64,000 bases of DNA from an uncultured bacterium. GTDB taxonomy: Bacteria > Babelota > Babeliae > Babelales > Vermiphilaceae. The position numbers and the translations under genes were made by a program. This document shows, piece after piece, positions 45,575 to 54,654 of the stretch. Location: contig OY969699.1 of assembly GCA_963702025.1 (NCBI GenBank), positions 736,001 through 800,000 of the forward strand. Direction: 5' to 3'. The notes under the pieces were generated by a model, which was not told the DNA's origin, ran no database searches, and saw nothing but the letters and a program-made list of their open reading frames with translations. Within the stretch, counting starts at the first letter, position 1. Each line of letters opens with the position of its first letter.

Positions 45575-47986
45575 ATGGAAAATATAGTAGAAACGGTTCG
45601 TGAAGAAAAGAGCATGCAACTTGCTCTTCTTCCGCTCAAAAATGTTGTCATTCTTCCCAAAAGTATTATTCCCATTATTGTGGGTCGCCAAAGCTCGATT
45701 GAAGCGGTTGAATTTGCATTAAAAAATAACCAATCTCTCTTTATTACTGCCCAAAAAAATTCTAAGGTAGAAGCCCCTACTGAACATGATGTCTTTGAAA
45801 AAGGTACTCGTTCAGCAATCTTACAAGTAATGAGAATGCCCAATGGTTCTTTAAAATTACTTGCTGAAGGAATTTGCCGAGCAAAAATGACTAAAACTGA
45901 CACGAGCCTCGGATTTATGACCGTGGAATGTCATGATCTACCTACTACCAGCAATGAGATGACCACTGAACTTGAGGCATTATGGCGCCAACTGAAAACG
46001 TTGTATACCGAATATGCAAAGCTCAATGATAAAATTCCTGCAGATTTGACCGCCAATGTTAAAACTGCCGATGAAATGGATCATATTACTGATACTATTG
46101 CCGTTCAAATTAAAAATGTATCTTTTGAAGATCGCCAGGCATTATTAGAAACGCCTGATTTAAAACAACGCATGTTTTCGCTCTGTTCCTTAATTAATAA
46201 AGAGATAGAGATCCTTGAAACTGAGCAACGAATTCGAGGGCGGATTCAAACACAGGTGGAAAAAAGCCAAAAAGAATACTATTTAACAGAACAGATTAAA
46301 GCGATTCAAAAAGAGCTGGGCAGAGAAGATCAGGCGGTAGAAATTGCGGCAATTCGCACCAAGGCAAAAACGCTCGGGCTCTCCGCTGAAGCCCAAGAAA
46401 AAATTGATAAAGAGCTCAAGAGGCTGGAACAAATGCCACCGCTTTCATCTGAAGCAGTGGTAAGCAGAAATTACGTTGATTGGATAATCTCATTGCCATG
46501 GCAAAAAATGAGCAAAGATACTATTAGTTTGCCACAAGCGGAGAAGATCCTTAATAAACGGCATGCCGGATTGATCAAAGCTAAAGAGCGGATCATTGAG
46601 TTTTTAGCAGCAAAGAAATTCTCTAAAAATATGAGCCGTGCTCCCATTATCTGCTTAGTGGGTCCGCCGGGAGTTGGAAAGACTTCTCTGGCTTCTTCCA
46701 TTGCCGACAGTTTAAATCGTGAATTTGTGCGCATTTCATTGGGCGGCATCAAAGATGAAGCAGAAATCCGAGGACACCGCAGAACCTATATCGGTGCATT
46801 ACCCGGCAAAATTATTCAGGCCATGAAAAAGGCAAAAACAATTAACCCGGTAATTCTTCTGGATGAGATTGATAAAATGAGCCGCGATTTGCATGGTGAT
46901 CCTGCATCCGCACTTCTTGAAGTGCTTGACCCGGAACAAAATAAAACATTTGTGGACCACTTCTTAGATATGGAATACGATCTTTCAAAAGTTATGTTTA
47001 TAACAACCGCAAACACGCTGGATGGCATCCCGTATCCGCTTTTTGACCGCATGGAAGTAATTGCATTATCCGGGTATACTGAGCCTGAAAAAATTGCCAT
47101 TGCCAGCCAATTTCTTATCCCAAAGAACCTGGAAGAATACGGCCTCAATGCACAACAGTTCCATTTAAACAATGAACTGCTGCAAATGATAATCAGCCAA
47201 TATACTAAAGAGGCCGGCGTCCGACAGCTTGAACGAACTATTGCAAAGCTCATGCGCAAAGCAATTCAGCTTCTGTTAAAAGATAAATCTGTTACTTCAA
47301 TAACAGTCACTGAGCCATTGATTAAAGAATGGCTGGGCAATCCACGATATAAAAAGACCAGTTTAACGCTGCATAAAGATAAAATTGGCCTTGTTACCGG
47401 TCTTGCCTGGACAGAAATGGGTGGCGACGTGATGGAAATTGAAACAAGTATATTACCCGGAAAAGGTGGCTTGACACTCACGGGCCAATTAGGCGATGTG
47501 ATGCAAGAATCTGCCCAAGCAGCACTGAGCTATATCCGTTCTCGCGCTCGCCAATTAGGGCTTAAAGAATCCTTTTATTCAAGCAAAGATATTCATATTC
47601 ATATACCTGAAGGAGCGACCCCCAAAGATGGACCGTCTGCAGGTATTGGCCTATGCACCTCACTCGTTTCCGCGCTTACCAAAACCCCTATTTTGCCCGA
47701 CATTGCAATGACCGGTGAAATAACCCTACAAGGACGCGTGCTTGCCGTGGGCGGATTAAAAGAAAAGCTTTTAGCCGCAAAACAGCATGACATGAAAAAG
47801 GTTATTGTACCGCAAGAAAATGCTGATGAAATTCAGGAAATATGCAAAGAGATCGATCTGAAAGATTTAAATCTGGTCTATGCGAATACCATGGATGATG
47901 TTTTGGCCGCAGCATTTGCCAAATCACCGCTATTAAAAGGCAAAGTTGAAAAACCCGTGGTAAAAAAATCTTCAAAAAAGAAATAA
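45575..47986 (+). CDS. lon: Endopeptidase La
   Basis: GPPGVGKT, HRRTYIG, PKDGPSAG, GGLKEK. Confidence 0.98.
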   Translation: MENIVETVREEKSMQLALLPLKNVVILPKSIIPIIVGRQSSIEAVEFALKNNQSLFITAQKNSKVEAPTEHDVFEKGTRSAILQVMRMPNGSLKLLAEGICRAKMTKTDTSLGFMTVECHDLPTTSNEMTTELEALWRQLKTLYTEYAKLNDKIPADLTANVKTADEMDHITDTIAVQIKNVSFEDRQALLETPDLKQRMFSLCSLINKEIEILETEQRIRGRIQTQVEKSQKEYYLTEQIKAIQKELGREDQAVEIAAIRTKAKTLGLSAEAQEKIDKELKRLEQMPPLSSEAVVSRNYVDWIISLPWQKMSKDTISLPQAEKILNKRHAGLIKAKERIIEFLAAKKFSKNMSRAPIICLVGPPGVGKTSLASSIADSLNREFVRISLGGIKDEAEIRGHRRTYIGALPGKIIQAMKKAKTINPVILLDEIDKMSRDLHGDPASALLEVLDPEQNKTFVDHFLDMEYDLSKVMFITTANTLDGIPYPLFDRMEVIALSGYTEPEKIAIASQFLIPKNLEEYGLNAQQFHLNNELLQMIISQYTKEAGVRQLERTIAKLMRKAIQLLLKDKSVTSITVTEPLIKEWLGNPRYKKTSLTLHKDKIGLVTGLAWTEMGGDVMEIETSILPGKGGLTLTGQLGDVMQESAQAALSYIRSRARQLGLKESFYSSKDIHIHIPEGATPKDGPSAGIGLCTSLVSALTKTPILPDIAMTGEITLQGRVLAVGGLKEKLLAAKQHDMKKVIVPQENADEIQEICKEIDLKDLNLVYANTMDDVLAAAFAKSPLLKGKVEKPVVKKSSKKK

Positions 47987-48084
47987 CAGTCTTACGACCA
48001 CCTATCTGCAAAGATATCTTTCTGCTTTTAAACTTTAATTTTGCTCGTATCCAGAAAAGCGACTTGAACCCTTATTGTTAACCC

Positions 48085-48243
48085 TCCGTTCGTGCTGAGC
48101 CTGTCGAAGCATTTTTATATTTATAAAATTTTTTCTACATAACAAGTTGGTTTCACCTCCAACATCATGCATTTAAACATGCTTCGACCCAGCCTTCGCT
48201 AAAGCTACGGCGGACAGGCTGGGCGTTTACTCCTGACGAACGG
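48085..48243. repeat. Inverted palindromic repeat pair with nested short element
   Basis: TCCGTTCGTGCTGAGCCTGTCGAAGCA ... TGCTTCGAC[..]TGACGAACGGA. Confidence 0.75.
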
Positions 48244-48434
48244 ATTACGTAACACTTACTACCCCTTTAGCATAATTTAGGATATCCTTGGCCCTCTCCA
48301 CGATAAAAAAACCTTTACTACGCCTTTATTTCCATTTATTTAATACTATTTGAATAAACCATTGCAATCCAAAGATCAGTTATTTTACTTTGGTATTAGT
48401 AATGTTTCCAAATCTTATTATTAAAGGAGAAGGT

Positions 48435-48905
48435 ATGAAAACCTTCAGAATAGCTCAGCTGTTAGCTGTAGCTACATTATTCGTAGTTGGGTCGGCACTT
48501 GCTACGAATTGCTGCGAACCTAAACAATGTGAAAGAACCTGTTCAACATGCCCGGCAGTTAAAATCCCCGGTGAAGAAGTTGAATATCAAAAGATTGTCA
48601 AAGAAAGTTGTGGCAATCCCGGTTCGGTTAAATACTTTGTTACCAAAGAGTATGTTCCTTGCTCGATGGAAGATAAAGAGCGCGTTCAATGCCTGCGTGG
48701 CTGCCCTAAATATTTAGGTACCTTTGATGAAGATACCGGCGCCCCACTTGACGAAATTGCAGCTCGTAATTGTAATCAATCCACTAATAACCAACAAGCA
48801 GCACCACGAGCAAAAAGAACACGTACAAGAAGAGCGGCTATTGTTAATAACAACACCGCCAATGATGCAGCCGCAGTAGCTAATGACACCATGATGATAA
48901 AGTAA
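48435..48905 (+). CDS. Cys-rich secreted protein, paralog 1 (156 aa, 10 Cys, basic tail)
   Basis: AAAGGAGAAGG RBS, signal peptide, core shared with next two genes. Confidence 0.9.
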   Translation: MKTFRIAQLLAVATLFVVGSALATNCCEPKQCERTCSTCPAVKIPGEEVEYQKIVKESCGNPGSVKYFVTKEYVPCSMEDKERVQCLRGCPKYLGTFDEDTGAPLDEIAARNCNQSTNNQQAAPRAKRTRTRRAAIVNNNTANDAAAVANDTMMIK

Positions 48906-48929
48906 ATTAGCATATTCGATAAATCACCA

Positions 48930-48970
48930 AGGGCCAGAGTTCGGTTCCGGATTCTGGCCCTTTCTATTTT
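48930..48970 (+). terminator. Intrinsic terminator
   Basis: AGGGCCAGA...TCTGGCCCT followed by T-rich tract. Confidence 0.75.
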
Positions 48971-49245
48971 TAATGCGCTTGGAAAACCGAACGGGCTCGC
49001 TAATCACCCCAAACTCTCATGATTAATGCATTAAGCCATATTTTTCAGTCCACTTAGTAATGTAAAACTTTAAAAATCTTATCAAAATTAACCGCACAAC
49101 ATTAATTTTCGATTAAAAAAAATTTGAAAAAAGATTTTATCTACGCCTTTTTTTCTATTTGTATTTAATAATGTTGAATATTAATTAAATTATTTCATAT
49201 ATTGATATTAGTATTATTATTAACCCTTTACTTAAAGGAGAAGGC

Positions 49246-49581
49246 ATGAAGACCTTCAAAATAGCTCAGCTGTTAGCTGTAGTTGCATTATTCGTTGTTG
49301 GTTCAGCTTTCGCTAAGAATTGCTGCAAACCAGAAAGCTGTCAAAGAACCTGTTCAACTTGCCCAGTAGTTAAAATCCCTACTGAAGAAGTTGAATATCA
49401 AAAGATTATCAAGGAAAGCTGTGGTAATCCCGGTTCAGTTAAATACTTCGTGCGTAAAGAATATGTTCCTTGCTCAATGGAAGATAAAGAACATGTTCAA
49501 ACGCTCAAAGGTTGTCCTAAATACTTAGGTACCTTTGATGAAAACGGCCAATGCATCGATGGCAAGAATAATGGCATCTAA
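49246..49581 (+). CDS. Cys-rich secreted protein, paralog 2 (111 aa, 9 Cys)
   Basis: Same RBS, signal peptide and CSTCP...ESCGNPGSVKYF...GCPKYLGTFDE core. Confidence 0.9.
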   Translation: MKTFKIAQLLAVVALFVVGSAFAKNCCKPESCQRTCSTCPVVKIPTEEVEYQKIIKESCGNPGSVKYFVRKEYVPCSMEDKEHVQTLKGCPKYLGTFDENGQCIDGKNNGI

Positions 49582-49604
49582 GCTACACATCTAATTCATA
49601 ATAA

Positions 49605-49643
49605 AGGGGCTCTCAAGGTTTCTTGAGGGCCCCTCTCTCTTTA
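49605..49643 (+). terminator. Intrinsic terminator
   Basis: AGGGGCTCTCAAG/CTTGAGGGCCCCT hairpin. Confidence 0.7.
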
Positions 49644-49884
49644 TAAGGTAAGAAAAGCAGCATCACTTTAAGAATTAATGTTGTATTTAAAGGCTTTTCT
49701 GCTCAAAAATCCCCACAATTTCAAATAAAAAGCAATCATGTAGAATCAAAAAAAGCCTTTATCTAAAGCATTTTTTAGCATTTAATTCAATTAGAATACA
49801 AAAAACCTTGAAAGTCCGCCACTTTTTTAGCTATGATGTTAGTAGTAAGTATTTCTTATTAACCCTTTAACTAAAGGAGAAGGC

Positions 49885-50232
49885 ATGAAGACCTTCAAAA
49901 TAGCTCAGCTTGTTGCTGTAGTTGCATTATTCGTTGTTGTTGGTTCAGCATCTGCATTTGGTAGATGTTGCAACAAATCTCGTTGTGAGAAAACCTATGA
50001 GCAAAGTTGTGTGAGAACCTGCTCAACTTGCCCAACAGTTAAGATCCCAACCGAGGAAGTTGAATACCAACGGATTATCAAAGAAAGTTGTGGTAATCCC
50101 GGTTCCGTTAAATACTTTGTGCGCAAAGAATATATTCCTTGCACATTGGAAGAAAAGGAACATGTTCAATGTCTCAAAGGTTGCCCTAAATACTTAGGTA
50201 CCTTTGATGAAGACGGTAACCGCATCGGCTAA
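49885..50232 (+). CDS. Cys-rich secreted protein, paralog 3 (115 aa, 10 Cys)
   Basis: Same RBS, signal peptide and core. Confidence 0.9.
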   Translation: MKTFKIAQLVAVVALFVVVGSASAFGRCCNKSRCEKTYEQSCVRTCSTCPTVKIPTEEVEYQRIIKESCGNPGSVKYFVRKEYIPCTLEEKEHVQCLKGCPKYLGTFDEDGNRIG

Positions 50233-50274
50233 TTGCTTTTACGCACTAGTTGATACACGTTTACATTAAATAGC

Positions 50275-50302
50275 GAAGAGACTTAAGCGCTTAAGTCTCT
50301 TC
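50275..50302. terminator. Perfect hairpin between convergent genes
   Basis: GAAGAGACTTAAGCGCTTAAGTCTCTTC. Confidence 0.75.
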
Positions 50303-50330
50303 ACTCTATTAAAAAATATATTTATTTTAT

Positions 50331-51248
50331 TTAAGAAGTTATAAGATTTTTCTCTGCTTTCATATACTGCACAAGATTATCCACTGCCGCATAACGCTGT
50401 TTGCAACTCGGGTGCGTCTTACTTTCAACAGCATCATCATACCGCTTCATATGCTCTTGGAACCCTTCCATCAACGCTCTGGCAGTCGCAATATCATGGA
50501 TGGATGCCATTAAATCTGCCCGATATTCCATATGTTTATTCAATGCCCTAAAGGCATCATTTGACCAAAATTCTTTTGCTGATATTCCATGTTCAGCTAA
50601 CAGCTTCTCAATAATATCACAGATCAACGGGTCATAATTGCATAAATGCATAATTTCATGTCGCAAAAGCGCTTCTTGGATGGCAGGGGTCTGATTTGGC
50701 AATTGCGCCAGATTTAATCGTAAATAGTGCTCTACCTTACCATTAAAAACACATTGACCGGCAAAGGCATAACTTGCATTATTAGGATCATTAATAACTT
50801 CAAAATTAATTACTTCAGGATTGATATTATAGGATGCCAATAATTCGCGCGACTTTTGAAGTGCAGGAACATCTTCCTTTGCACCCTGCTTAGCTGCTTT
50901 GGGCCTGTCTAAAAACAACTTATCGCTCGTTTTGAGCCTATTAAATTCCGCAAGGGCCTCATTCCAGGCCTGAGGAGTAAGAGGAAAGGCCTGCTTGAGC
51001 CTTTCAAGGATGATATCAAACTCAATATCTAGCTGTTCTTTGAGTTCTTGTGCCAAATTTGACCCCTGAGCGTTGATTTCCTGAACATAACTGGTTACAG
51101 AATCCTCAGTTTCAATGCTGTCAAAAAGAGCCAATTTTGGCTGTTTTTGACCTAAAAACAGCTGATGAGCAAAAGGATAGGATACTAATACCCCTAAACC
51201 TGCTACTACCAGTAAGATCTTCTTATCAAAAATTCCATTAATTATCAT
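50331..51248 (-). CDS. Membrane-anchored M48-like zinc metalloprotease
   Basis: HEIMH, EYRAD, THP motifs; N-terminal TM. Confidence 0.8.
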   Translation of the reverse strand: MIINGIFDKKILLVVAGLGVLVSYPFAHQLFLGQKQPKLALFDSIETEDSVTSYVQEINAQGSNLAQELKEQLDIEFDIILERLKQAFPLTPQAWNEALAEFNRLKTSDKLFLDRPKAAKQGAKEDVPALQKSRELLASYNINPEVINFEVINDPNNASYAFAGQCVFNGKVEHYLRLNLAQLPNQTPAIQEALLRHEIMHLCNYDPLICDIIEKLLAEHGISAKEFWSNDAFRALNKHMEYRADLMASIHDIATARALMEGFQEHMKRYDDAVESKTHPSCKQRYAAVDNLVQYMKAEKNLITS

Positions 51249-51452
51249 TTAAATTACCTCCATTTTTCATTTATATTCTATTCTATTTGTAATTATAGCA
51301 AGCGGAGAAATATTGTCAAATAAGGCTTTTTTTGGTGTTTTTAAGCCTTTAAGATAACAATGGGGGGGGTAAAATAATCATTTGTAAGTCTTTCAACCTA
51401 AAGTTATACTATTCCAGGCTTGTCAGAACCACCCAATGAAGGAACATGAAAC

Positions 51453-51911
51453 ATGCAAAATAAAAACATGAATATATTTAAGGAACATTGGCCCCTTTGC
51501 AAACGAGAGCTCCCGGCACTCATATTTCTGTGCATTGTTCAAACAGTATTGAATTTTAACTTTCCTTTGTACATGAGACTTGTTAGCCCCCTAAATATTG
51601 TTGTAGCTGCCACGGTAAGTATTGCGTGCATGTTGATGTGCTTTTATATTTTCTCATCTCCAGAAAAATATACTCCTCTATTTGAGGTAGAGTTTCTTGA
51701 AGATTTTCCCAATCCTGCTTTTTTTAAGAATATTTTTAGATCGGGGATGCTGGTGATATATCATGCAACATTTTTTTATATGTGGTACTTCGATTATCAT
51801 CATGTTTCTAATATGTGGTATGCGATCTGGTATGCGCATATGATTACTTTCTTTATTCTGTTACATAGAGCAGCTGAAAGATATAAAAATACACAATCTC
51901 ATTTTTTCTAA
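51453..51911 (+). CDS. Hypothetical 4-TM membrane protein
   Basis: 152 aa hydrophobic ORF with AAGGA RBS. Confidence 0.6.
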   Translation: MQNKNMNIFKEHWPLCKRELPALIFLCIVQTVLNFNFPLYMRLVSPLNIVVAATVSIACMLMCFYIFSSPEKYTPLFEVEFLEDFPNPAFFKNIFRSGMLVIYHATFFYMWYFDYHHVSNMWYAIWYAHMITFFILLHRAAERYKNTQSHFF

Positions 51912-51974
51912 TTTCTTGCACAAAACACCCTTCTCCTTTTAGAATAAGTAAAAATGTTTTTACCGGAGAAATAG

Positions 51975-52259
51975 ATGATTTTTAACTATATCAAAATTGT
52001 TCTTTGCTTGAGTATTCTACCATTGCTGCCTGCCTGCTGTTGGAGCAAATGTTTAAAAAAATGTGATCCGTGTGGCACCTGCACCGATTCAACGGTATTT
52101 CATGAGCCCCAAATGAGCAGAAGCTATATAGAAGTTCCAGTCCAAACACCGGAAGTAATAAATGTTCCTGAACCTGAAGATATACAGCAAGAACTCATGG
52201 ATGAAGATGATGATTCAATAATCGTTATTGAAGAAGACGATGAATTGCCTTCATCATAA
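51975..52259 (+). CDS. Small Cys-rich putative lipoprotein with acidic tail
   Basis: GGAG RBS; lipobox-like LPAC then CWSKCLKKCDPCGTC. Confidence 0.7.
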   Translation: MIFNYIKIVLCLSILPLLPACCWSKCLKKCDPCGTCTDSTVFHEPQMSRSYIEVPVQTPEVINVPEPEDIQQELMDEDDDSIIVIEEDDELPSS

Positions 52260-52908
52260 GTGCCAGCACCTCTTCTTTACTTAACAAAGAATCGTCAATT
52301 ACTATTGCTCCTCCCGGAACACACAGAGGTGCAATGGCACGGTTGCAATCACGTTGATCCCGTGCCTCAACGGCGGCTCGCGCTTGATCAAGAGTAATAT
52401 TTTTACCCTTGGCTTCCTGATCTTTTTGCCAACGAGCAGCACGCACTTCGAGTGATGCTGTAAGAAAAAACTTTACTTGTGCGTGCGGAAACACTACCGA
52501 TCCGGTATCCCGGCCTTCCGCAACCAGATCATGGCTATTGGCAAGATAATGTTGCAAGGTGACCAATGCCTGCCGCACATCATTATTGGTTGCCAGAATT
52601 GAAGAATAATCGGTAATTTTTTTATCACGTAAGAATGGGGTGATATTTTTGGTATCAAAAAATAATTGCTCATTATGGATCGCATCGTAGCGATACATAA
52701 ACCGATCATGCGCCACCGCAGCATCAATATCCGCTTTGCGGGGATTACGCATATTTTCTTCTCGGTAATGGAATTCGTTTTCTAAAACATATGCCAATCC
52801 TCGAAACAGAAGACCGGAAGAAAGATAATAATAACCGAGCCGCTGGGCAAGTGTGCGCGCTGCCGTTGTTTTTCCACTAGCCGTTGGTCCATCAATGGTG
52901 ATAATCAT
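52225..52908 (-). CDS. cmk: Cytidylate kinase
   Basis: IITIDGPTASGKT, EGRDTGSVVFP, RDQRD. Confidence 0.96.
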   Translation of the reverse strand: MIITIDGPTASGKTTAARTLAQRLGYYYLSSGLLFRGLAYVLENEFHYREENMRNPRKADIDAAVAHDRFMYRYDAIHNEQLFFDTKNITPFLRDKKITDYSSILATNNDVRQALVTLQHYLANSHDLVAEGRDTGSVVFPHAQVKFFLTASLEVRAARWQKDQEAKGKNITLDQARAAVEARDQRDCNRAIAPLCVPGGAIVIDDSLLSKEEVLALMMKAIHRLLQ

Positions 52909-53237
52909 ATAACCTATTATTTTTTACGTATTTCGATTAACATTTTTTTAAAACAGAATCAATTGCAGAGTCATTCGAATCTTCTTTTTTGTAACCATGA
53001 TCCTCAAGTAACCGACTGCTCAACTGCAACATCCTCAACTCTATATTTCAATAATTTTCTCTCATCTGTATCACTAAGTCAAAAGAATCTTACAATGCTA
53101 TTTTTCTTTGATTACTTACTGGCAAAAAAGACAAAGAATTACTCATCCAAAAAGTGCTCTTTTTGCCGATTAATACTGGATTTTTTTACAAAAATCCCTA
53201 ATCTGTTTATATAGATTATTCATTTAATGAGGTTATC

Positions 53238-53594
53238 ATGCTTAAAAGTAATTCCAAAAAGATAATTTTTATCGTTTTCTGTATCCTTCCCGCCCAACAA
53301 TGTTTTGGTAGCGAGCTTGCCCAAGTACTTAAGCAAAATAGTGTCGCAGCTGCTAAAATTGGTCTTGGTGTTGCCGGAATCGGCTTATCAGGCCTTTGTT
53401 TACTAGCAAGCCGTTTTGGCTATTCAGAGTATTGTTCTTGTAATAGTGAAATCACCAGCAGTCCCAGCACTTTATGTGATCGCCATCAAATAGCACAAAA
53501 TTTATTAGAAGTGCTTAAGGGTTCAAAATCGCTGGTCGTTGAAAATTATAAGCAATTAAAGCGATTGAATATATCATTGCCGCTAAAAATTTAA
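53238..53594 (+). CDS. Hypothetical secreted/membrane protein, possibly truncated
   Basis: GAGG RBS, signal peptide and Gly-rich TM. Confidence 0.55.
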   Translation: MLKSNSKKIIFIVFCILPAQQCFGSELAQVLKQNSVAAAKIGLGVAGIGLSGLCLLASRFGYSEYCSCNSEITSSPSTLCDRHQIAQNLLEVLKGSKSLVVENYKQLKRLNISLPLKI

Positions 53595-53637
53595 TAATTT
53601 CCAATTCTTTATACTTTATTCAAAATAGTACTCAAAG

Positions 53638-53682
53638 CTACACTTTCAGCGCAATATCGATTCCCTGTAATTCAATAGACAC
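53638..53682 (-). repeat. Displaced copy of recJ 3' end (VSIELQGIDIALKV*)
   Basis: 35/39 nt match to the recJ end; all four mismatches synonymous. Confidence 0.88.
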
Positions 53683-53706
53683 AACACACCCTACTATGGA
53701 GATTTT

Positions 53707-54117
53707 ATGAATAACCAATTTAAATTAATAACCGCCGCCGCACTCGCAATGGCCGCGCTGACAGCAAATGCCATGACATCGGAGGACAAAATATCAGGAA
53801 TATCAAGACATAAAACTATAGATAAAAATGGCACTGTAACCTATGTTTATTGCATAGGATACAACAATCATGCTTTTTACCCGAACGGAAGAGCCTGGGT
53901 CCACCGCAGTTTCTCCCCAGAAGGAAATTGCTCCTACAGAGTCTTTTATGAGAAGAATAAATCTGAACGACTCAAACTAAGCATACCTGAATATTATGCT
54001 CAGCCGTGTTTCTATTCTATGGACGCAAAAGAATTTCACCAGATCGAGTCTTTCTACCTCAGAGAAAAAGAGGCTGCAAGAAAAAAACAAATAGGAAACC
54101 TCAAAGCAAAACTCTAA
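53707..54117 (+). CDS. Hypothetical secreted protein
   Basis: GGAG RBS; signal ANA-MT. Confidence 0.7.
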   Translation: MNNQFKLITAAALAMAALTANAMTSEDKISGISRHKTIDKNGTVTYVYCIGYNNHAFYPNGRAWVHRSFSPEGNCSYRVFYEKNKSERLKLSIPEYYAQPCFYSMDAKEFHQIESFYLREKEAARKKQIGNLKAKL

Positions 54118-54159
54118 GTGATTAACTAAAGGGAAAGATATAAAACCTCTTTCCCTTCC

Positions 54160-54204
54160 TTATTTCACTGCAATATCAATGTCCTTCAATTCAATCGAAA
54201 CTCG
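54160..54204 (-). repeat. Second displaced copy of recJ 3' end (RVSIELKDIDIAVK*)
   Basis: 11/14 aa identical to the RecJ C-terminus, same stop position. Confidence 0.82.
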
Positions 54205-54255
54205 ACACATTTCAGTTTTATTCACTTGCTCGGAAAACCAGCTCAATTTTTTATA

Positions 54256-54312
54256 TCAGTGCTGAATAGTAATGATACGCACTGTTTTTTCAGTTACTAC
54301 AATAAAATTATC
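54256..54312 (-). pseudogene. Probable C-terminal remnant of DUF5615 PIN-like toxin
   Basis: DNFIVVTEKTVRIITIQH* directly after the DUF433 gene. Confidence 0.5.
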
Positions 54313-54565
54313 CGACCAAGCTCGACTCTACAAGAGGAGCAAATGAAGTACTTTCTAAAGCTTCAGTTGCAAAAAAAAGACAGGCACGGATATCGTCTTG
54401 TGTGAGGCCTTTATACTCAGCCGTTATTTCATCTACGGTCATACCCTGCGCTAGAAGTCCTAAAATAAACTGCACGGTAAGACGTGTTCCAGTAATAGTT
54501 GGCTTTCCTAACATAACGTGAGGATTAATTACAATCCGTTTAAGTAATTGTGTTTTATCACTCAT
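54308..54565 (-). CDS. DUF433 family antitoxin
   Basis: RIVINPHVMLGKPTITGTRLTV...GMTVDEI..EY..LTQDDIRACL. Confidence 0.92.
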   Translation of the reverse strand: MSDKTQLLKRIVINPHVMLGKPTITGTRLTVQFILGLLAQGMTVDEITAEYKGLTQDDIRACLFFATEALESTSFAPLVESSLVG

Positions 54566-54654
54566 GATAAAGAGCTCGCTTTGTTTGTCGGGGTTCTACC
54601 AATTTTTTATTAAGAATACTTAACTGCCCAGAAAAAACTACTCCGATATCTCTT

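Noticed and set aside
48435..50232. Cys-rich trio as c-type cytochromes or RiPP precursors
   Set aside because: Motif is CSTCP, not CxxCH; Sec signal present and no modifying enzymes nearby
51362..51369. G8 tract between divergent genes as a phase-variation switch
   Set aside because: Short and not clearly within a promoter spacer; no supporting evidence
52920..53214. 83-aa plus ORF and coding-like minus-strand fragments upstream of cmk
   Set aside because: No RBS or recognisable motif; possibly decayed gene debris but cannot be supported
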